DNA of 28,946 nt, from positions 1-28,946 of IMG/VR virus record IMGVR_UViG_3300010398_000031. One strand, 5' to 3'. Source of the stretch: a virus (Duplodnaviria; Caudoviricetes). A program made the position numbers and the translations under genes. Each line of letters opens with the position of its first letter. Position 1 is the stretch's first letter. Under the pieces are notes generated by a model. The model did not search any database. It was not told where the DNA came from and saw only the letters and a list, made by a program, of their open reading frames with translations. Positions 24,557 to 28,946 of this stretch are shown one piece after another.

Positions 24557-24976
24557 GAAAGGGACGTCCAGCCCCCGGTTGTTCAGCTCGACAGCGTTGC
24601 GGAACAACACCATCACGTCGCCACGGGACCAGTCGTCGGAGTCCCAGATCTCCTTGGCCTGCTCCGGGCTGATCTCCGGGTCCACGCTGCAGGCCGCGAT
24701 CAGCGCCGGAGCGAAGGTGTCCATGTCGAACGATGCCCCGTCGGCACGTTGGTCGGGCTTGGGCGGGTGCTTGGCGACCAGCCGGTCGTATGCACGCATC
24801 CCGATCGCACGGTACTTCAGGGTCACCTCGGTAGAGCCACCATTCCCATCTCCCAGGTACAACGAGAACTCGGTGGTGGAACGGGGCTTGTTGATCAGCT
24901 CGTCCAGCGTGGCCCGCTTGGCGGCAGCGGCCTGCTTCTGGCGTGCTTCGACGGTCTTGGCTGCTGTGGTCGGCAT
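24542..24976 (-). CDS. tail assembly chaperone (gpG-like)
   Basis: Between major tail and tape measure genes. AAGGA RBS and slippery site at the 3' end. Confidence 0.88.
   Translation of the reverse strand: MPTTAAKTVEARQKQAAAAKRATLDELINKPRSTTEFSLYLGDGNGGSTEVTLKYRAIGMRAYDRLVAKHPPKPDQRADGASFDMDTFAPALIAACSVDPEISPEQAKEIWDSDDWSRGDVMVLFRNAVELNNRGLDVPFSDRG
24557..24563 (-). promoter_or_regulatory. programmed -1 ribosomal frameshift site C CCT TTC
   Basis: X XXY YYZ heptamer four codons before the stop of the chaperone gene. A -1 shift joins the downstream ORF. Confidence 0.85.
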
Positions 24977-25034
24977 CTGCTCGTCCTTCGGCCGAAGGGT
25001 GTAGTCGATCAGATGCTATCCCCACATATCGACC

Positions 25035-25514
25035 TCAGGCAGCAACCGTCGCAGACTCGGCAGGTTCGACGTTGACCGAGCAGCTGGCGGTGAAGGTGAG
25101 CACGGTGTTGGAGGTCATGTTGGCCATGGTCCGAGAGGTCACCATCACCGTCCACACCTCGAGGTCATCCCCGCTGATCGGCATGTTATCGGTACCCGAC
25201 CCGCCGAACCTGGCGATGAAGAACGTGCCGCGGGTGCCGCGAGGCAAGGTCTCCCAGGCGGTGTCGTCCTCGTCGTCTCGGTAGAAGTCCGCATCGAAGG
25301 TCGCTGCCGACGTACCGGCGGTGCTGGTCTCGAACAGTGAGTCAAAGCTTGGGGTGGGGACCGTGTTGCCTCGAGCGGAAGCGTTCAGACTGATGCAGAA
25401 TGGGGTCAGGTTCGTCGCAGCAGCGATCTCGGCCGCAGTCGGCGAGGCAATGTTCGCGACATCGGCGGTGGTGAACCCAATCCAGGTGTTCTCATTCGGG
25501 ATGATGCGCGCCAT
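25035..25514 (-). CDS. major tail protein
   Basis: ANIASPTAAEIAAATNLT...GTRGTFFIARFG...GDDLEVWTV pattern of actinophage tail tube proteins. Position fits. Confidence 0.88.
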   Translation of the reverse strand: MARIIPNENTWIGFTTADVANIASPTAAEIAAATNLTPFCISLNASARGNTVPTPSFDSLFETSTAGTSAATFDADFYRDDEDDTAWETLPRGTRGTFFIARFGGSGTDNMPISGDDLEVWTVMVTSRTMANMTSNTVLTFTASCSVNVEPAESATVAA

Positions 25515-25711
25515 TACTGGGCCTTCCTCCTAGATGTGGCCTTCTTCGCCGCTACCGGAGCCTTGTGCTCCGTCTCGTCGCTAGAGCCCTTCTTGCTACT
25601 TCCATCATCCGCGCGCGTCCAGCCATGGCGCTCCCAGACGGCAACGGATTCGGGGTTGACTCGGCCTACCTGGCCGTCCTTGGTGATCTTGACCTGCTTG
25701 GCTCGGGGCAT
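25514..25711 (-). CDS. small hypothetical protein (..VAVWERHGW..)
   Basis: GAAGGGAAG RBS before ATG 25711. TAATG coupling to the major tail gene. Confidence 0.65.
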   Translation of the reverse strand: MPRAKQVKITKDGQVGRVNPESVAVWERHGWTRADDGSSKKGSSDETEHKAPVAAKKATSRRKAQ

Positions 25712-25712
25712 C

Positions 25713-26183
25713 TCAGCTTCCCTTCGTGACCCAGACCTCAAACGTGTCCGTTTGGGTGAAGTAGTCCGGATACGCCGAGCCGATCCGGTTGGTGTTGCCG
25801 ATCGCGGTACAAGTGGTCTTTTGGATCCGCCAGTTACCGGTCGGGGTAGTGATGGTCTCCCGGGCAATGTTGGTCAGGTTCATCCGCATCCGGTCCGCCA
25901 GCGCTTCGGTCTGCTTCCGGCTCAGCCCCGCGTAGTTGACCAGATAGCCCAGCCGCCACTCGGACTGGCTGTCCCCCATCGCACCGCTGGGAGCCTGCAG
26001 GGTGGCCGCTCCCGGGCCCAGGCTTAGCCATGGTGTGAACGTCTTGGTCGGATCGTTCGGCTCTCCTTGCCAGCCGAACGGCACCGTCGGAGCGGCGTTG
26101 TCACCGACCGGGAAACCCTCGGTCTCCAGCTCAGTTAACAGCCGGCTGGTGATCGGTCCTCGAGAGATCGAGCTAGGGGGCAT
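25713..26183 (-). CDS. tail terminator protein
   Basis: Size and position before the major tail gene. Alpha/beta pattern (RKQTEALADRMR). Confidence 0.75.
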   Translation of the reverse strand: MPPSSISRGPITSRLLTELETEGFPVGDNAAPTVPFGWQGEPNDPTKTFTPWLSLGPGAATLQAPSGAMGDSQSEWRLGYLVNYAGLSRKQTEALADRMRMNLTNIARETITTPTGNWRIQKTTCTAIGNTNRIGSAYPDYFTQTDTFEVWVTKGS

Positions 26184-26628
26184 TTCGCTGGAACACCTTC
26201 ACATTGGCTTCTGCTGCCATCGTCCCGAGACTGTCCACCCAGGCCTGGAACGCTTCCTTGACGAACGGGTTCGGCTTGGTACCGGGGTGGTGCACCAGCT
26301 TGGTGTAAACGGTGGTCGGTCCGATCTGAAACCTGAGCACCCCCGTTGGGCTCTTCGGACGGATCAGGTGTGGCTTGGTGCCGTACTCCACGTAGCCCGC
26401 GTACGGCGCGATCACCGGATTCGGACCGATGATCACCCGGTCGGTCTGTACCTCGATCCGCAGGCTGCGACGCAGCTTCCCAGTCTTCACCGGGACTCGA
26501 GCCTCCATCTCGGCCAGGATCTGGTTGGCGCTCATCACCAGCACCTGCTGAGTGGTCAGGTTTGACTGCTGAGCCGTCTGCCGCAGGGCATCGGCCAGCT
26601 TGGACACATCGGCGTAGGCGACCGGCAT
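26173..26628 (-). CDS. HK97 gp10-like neck/tail completion protein
   Basis: VPVKTGKLRRSL...YAGYVEYGT...HPGTKPNPF motifs. Confidence 0.9.
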   Translation of the reverse strand: MPVAYADVSKLADALRQTAQQSNLTTQQVLVMSANQILAEMEARVPVKTGKLRRSLRIEVQTDRVIIGPNPVIAPYAGYVEYGTKPHLIRPKSPTGVLRFQIGPTTVYTKLVHHPGTKPNPFVKEAFQAWVDSLGTMAAEANVKVFQRNAP

Positions 26629-27038
26629 CAGTTCACCCCGGAGACCTCGAACCGGCGAGTGGCCCGCAGCTGACCGGCCTTGGCCACCGTCTGCACCTCG
26701 TACCGCTTGCCGACCATCTGCGCATCGGTCTCACAGTCAATCACCAGCACCTCGTCGTACTGGCTGATCACCGCCTCGGTATTCCAAGGGATGGAGAGCT
26801 GGGTGGTCTGGTGCTGGATATCCAGGTCACCCACCACCACATTGGGACCACCGCTCAGCTCCCAGATCCGGGCCGGCCCCTCGTACAGCACTTCCGGATC
26901 CGGAGTCGGGGTGTAGATCAGCGTCTCCTCGTCATAGCCCAGTGGCCGGTTCCGTCTGGTGATCCGCACTTGACAGGTCATCGCCATCTGTGCCCGTCCC
27001 CGGACGTAGTTCAGCGCCGTCGAGCTCGGGACCTTCAC
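26628..27038 (-). CDS. head-to-tail stopper (DUF6093-like)
   Basis: MTCQVRITR...VLYEGPARI...LSIP...DEVLV pattern and position. Confidence 0.8.
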   Translation of the reverse strand: MKVPSSTALNYVRGRAQMAMTCQVRITRRNRPLGYDEETLIYTPTPDPEVLYEGPARIWELSGGPNVVVGDLDIQHQTTQLSIPWNTEAVISQYDEVLVIDCETDAQMVGKRYEVQTVAKAGQLRATRRFEVSGVN

Positions 27039-27550
27039 GGTGTCTCCGGTTGCTCAACGATCTCTTCCTGTGGCGGTGGTGGCACCGCAGGCGTCATATC
27101 CGGCGGGTAGATCCCACCCCACTCCTGGTTACCGGCCTCCACGTAGTCGTGGATGCCCTTGCCGAAGGAGAACGGCTTGGTGCCGGGCTGCAATCCCTCG
27201 TCGGGCGAAATCCCGCCGACATCGACCGAGGTACCGACGGTGGCCTGCTTGTACTGCTCGCGCAGACAACCGGCCAGGTCTCGGAACTGCTGAGCGACCT
27301 GACCCAGCCCGACGCTGACCCCGTCAGCGGAGTAGCTGGCTTCCCGGGCGTACTTGGCCGCGATCGTTTCGGCCACCACGCTGGCGACATACTGGTCGGA
27401 GTTGTACAACGGGTACCAGGTGTCGTGCGCCCACTGGATCTCCTCATCGGTGACCAGCCACTCGCCGGTACCGGAAGGATCGGTGTCCTGGATCAGGAAC
27501 CGGATGGTATCGACGTCAGAGACTCCCGGTGCGTCATAGCTGTACGTCAT
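27035..27550 (-). CDS. head-to-tail adaptor
   Basis: DTIRFLIQDTD...LVTDEEI...IAAKYA motif. Confidence 0.82.
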   Translation of the reverse strand: MTYSYDAPGVSDVDTIRFLIQDTDPSGTGEWLVTDEEIQWAHDTWYPLYNSDQYVASVVAETIAAKYAREASYSADGVSVGLGQVAQQFRDLAGCLREQYKQATVGTSVDVGGISPDEGLQPGTKPFSFGKGIHDYVEAGNQEWGGIYPPDMTPAVPPPPQEEIVEQPETP

Positions 27551-27556
27551 CGGCGG

Positions 27557-27751
27557 TCACGGCAGTCTCGGGTACTTCGGCTTCCCCGCGCTGGCGGCCA
27601 CCGCCTGGGCCCGCTTGACCGGCTTGGCTGCGAACCCCATCTTGGAACCGAGGTTCTGGGACAGGTTGAAGGCTTTACCAGCCCGCGTGATGTTGGCCGG
27701 CGTGAAAGCCTTGCTGACTTCTCCGTGATCTACTCCGAATGCGCTGATCAT
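27557..27751 (-). CDS. small hypothetical protein (MISAFGVDHG N-terminus)
   Basis: GGAGG RBS and TGATG coupling. Confidence 0.7.
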   Translation of the reverse strand: MISAFGVDHGEVSKAFTPANITRAGKAFNLSQNLGSKMGFAAKPVKRAQAVAASAGKPKYPRLP

Positions 27752-28230
27752 CAGCCCTCCAGAATTCCTCGTCGGCCGCGGCCGGACTCTTCGGCGGCCA
27801 GTACCCGACCAGTCTCCTCGGGATGACTCTCGAGGTATGCCTTCACCTCGGCCACCGTGTGGTCAGCCGGGTCGAACTCCTGGGTGTCGTCATCCTCGAG
27901 TTCAGGCTTGACTTCTGGTTCGGCCTCGGGTTCCTCCCCGCCTCCGGTGGGGATCGGCACGTCCGGGTCCGGCATCACGATCTGGGTCAGGTCTCCGCGC
28001 AGCATGTGCAGAGCATCGTCACGCTGCTTGACCTCCGCGTACCACGGAGTCGGTCGGTCCTTCAGGTCGTCCACCACCGGGATGATGAACCGCGCTCGCA
28101 CCAGTGTCTCGATGTCACGGGCGGCCTCCTGTGGGAAGTCATCGCACATCTGGTAGTCCACGCCGTCGTACATGAAGTCCCGAGCCGCGATGAACGTGAT
28201 CGCGTCGTTGCGGAGCAGGTCGCTGGCCAT
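27751..28230 (-). CDS. head-associated hypothetical protein with C-terminal HeH/Rho-N-like helical domain
   Basis: AGGAGG RBS, acidic linker, and FDPADHTVAEVKAYL...EESGRGRRGIL. Confidence 0.75.
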   Translation of the reverse strand: MASDLLRNDAITFIAARDFMYDGVDYQMCDDFPQEAARDIETLVRARFIIPVVDDLKDRPTPWYAEVKQRDDALHMLRGDLTQIVMPDPDVPIPTGGGEEPEAEPEVKPELEDDDTQEFDPADHTVAEVKAYLESHPEETGRVLAAEESGRGRRGILEG

Positions 28231-28244
28231 TGATCCTCCTATGA

Positions 28245-28281
28245 AACGAACCGCGGGCCCTTCCTTAACCCGCGGCCCGTT
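28245..28281 (-). terminator. post-capsid hairpin (terminator/stabiliser)
   Basis: Minus strand AACGGGCCGCGGG / CCCGCGGTTCGTT 13-bp stem, with G-U pairs that work only on the minus strand. Confidence 0.65.
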
Positions 28282-28297
28282 CCAGGTCTACTGCCGC

Positions 28298-28363
28298 TCA
28301 GGCCACCGCGCTGGCCATGAAGATACCCATGTCCTTGGCAACGACACGCATGTCATACGTCAT
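28298..28363 (-). pseudogene. displaced copy of the major capsid 3' end (MTYDMRVVAKDMGIFMASAVA*)
   Basis: 19/21 aa and 53/66 nt identical to the in-frame capsid C-terminus at 28792..28857. Confidence 0.9.
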
Positions 28364-28788
28364 CATGAGTCACCTCGTCCCCGGTTCAGGCTGGAGATCT
28401 GCTTCCTCATAGCTTCCCGTGAGTCCAGGTCCGGAGCGGGAGTTCCAAACCCACCCCGACCCTTCGTCTGCTGGAAGGAGATCCCGATCGCGGCCTGCTC
28501 CTTCTTGATGATCAAGTAGGGGCTGATCGCGGTAAGGAACTTCATGGCCGTGCCATCGCTGGCCGTCCATCTGTGTGCCTCCCGCCAGTTCTCGTTGGCG
28601 AAGTAGCGCGGGTTGTGGATGCATCCGTCGTACCGCTCGAACAGCCATTGGATCACCTCGACGTTGGTGTTGGTGACGTTGACCATCAGGCGGTGGTATG
28701 GCTCGCCTCGACCGTTCTTGGCCACGACGATGCCGACATGGCCCTCACCGTCGAAGAGGCCCGCAGCGTAGGCATCCAACTTGGACAT
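28363..28788 (-). CDS. single-motif LAGLIDADG homing endonuclease
   Basis: YAAGLFDGEG motif, VNVTNT, and I-CreI-like PYLIIKKEQA. Confidence 0.92.
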   Translation of the reverse strand: MSKLDAYAAGLFDGEGHVGIVVAKNGRGEPYHRLMVNVTNTNVEVIQWLFERYDGCIHNPRYFANENWREAHRWTASDGTAMKFLTAISPYLIIKKEQAAIGISFQQTKGRGGFGTPAPDLDSREAMRKQISSLNRGRGDS

Positions 28789-28857
28789 ATGTCACGCAAC
28801 CGCCGAAGCCATGAATATGCCCATGTCCTTCGCAATGATGCGCATATCATACGTCAT
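28364..28857 (-). mobile_element. homing element: recoded capsid 3' end + LAGLIDADG gene (494 bp)
   Basis: Bounded by the duplicated capsid C-terminal codons. Exact 12-nt repeat TCATACGTCATC at 28353-28364 and 28847-28858. Confidence 0.8.
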
Positions 28858-28946
28858 CTCGCCTTCTATGCGGTCCGCCTCGATCCACTCCATCCGGAAG
28901 TTCTTCATCCGGACCCCGTAGCCGTTGCCGGCCAGGTATCCGTTCC
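28792..28946 (-). CDS. major capsid protein, C-terminal end (gene continues beyond window)
   Basis: Manual translation NGYLAGNGYGVRMKNFRMEWIEADRIEGEMTYDMRIIAKDMGIFMASAVA*. Typical capsid C-terminal pattern, upstream of the head-tail genes. Confidence 0.8.
   Translation of the reverse strand, partial: NGYLAGNGYGVRMKNFRMEWIEADRIEGEMTYDMRIIAKDMGIFMASAVA

Noticed and set aside
24564-25025. N-terminal part of the 278-aa ORF 24189..25025
   Set aside because: It overlaps the real chaperone gene in another frame. Only the part after the slippery site is likely translated.
28364-28857. Group I intron or intein hosting the LAGLIDADG gene
   Set aside because: The capsid frame is complete with its own stop. 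Only 3 nt separate it from the endonuclease start and the 3' end overlaps the duplicate, leaving no room for a ribozyme core. There are no intein splice motifs.
1-28946. CRISPR array, tRNA/rRNA genes, integrase, transposase, reverse transcriptase/DGR
   Set aside because: No regularly spaced repeats, cloverleafs or catalytic motifs were seen by eye. The capsid duplicate differs at synonymous sites rather than adenine-specifically, so it is not a DGR TR/VR pair.

Overview
High-GC (actinobacterial-type) siphovirus-like phage genome segment with two convergent arms. From 1 to ~13.9 kb the + strand carries ~30 small accessory/early genes. These include zinc-finger microproteins, an NDT/TIR-like protein, a lipoprotein, a ParB/DGQHR-domain protein, an Lsr2-like/C2H2 zinc-finger protein, a classical AAA ATPase and a DUF6197-like protein, separated by structured intergenic regions. 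From ~13.9 kb to the end the - strand carries the virion module: major capsid 3' end, head-tail connectors, major tail protein, tail assembly chaperones with a CCCTTTC -1 frameshift site, a 1926-aa tape measure protein with M23 and transglycosylase domains, and minor tail proteins. The most striking observation is a free-standing single-motif LAGLIDADG homing endonuclease inserted in the 3' end of the major capsid gene. It sits beside a synonymously recoded copy of the last 21 capsid codons, with a second copy stranded downstream. Also notable are two diverged copies of a promoter/5'-hairpin/terminator leader cassette and a ~130-nt G-U-supported structured RNA candidate. All family assignments come from motif recognition by eye, not database searches.
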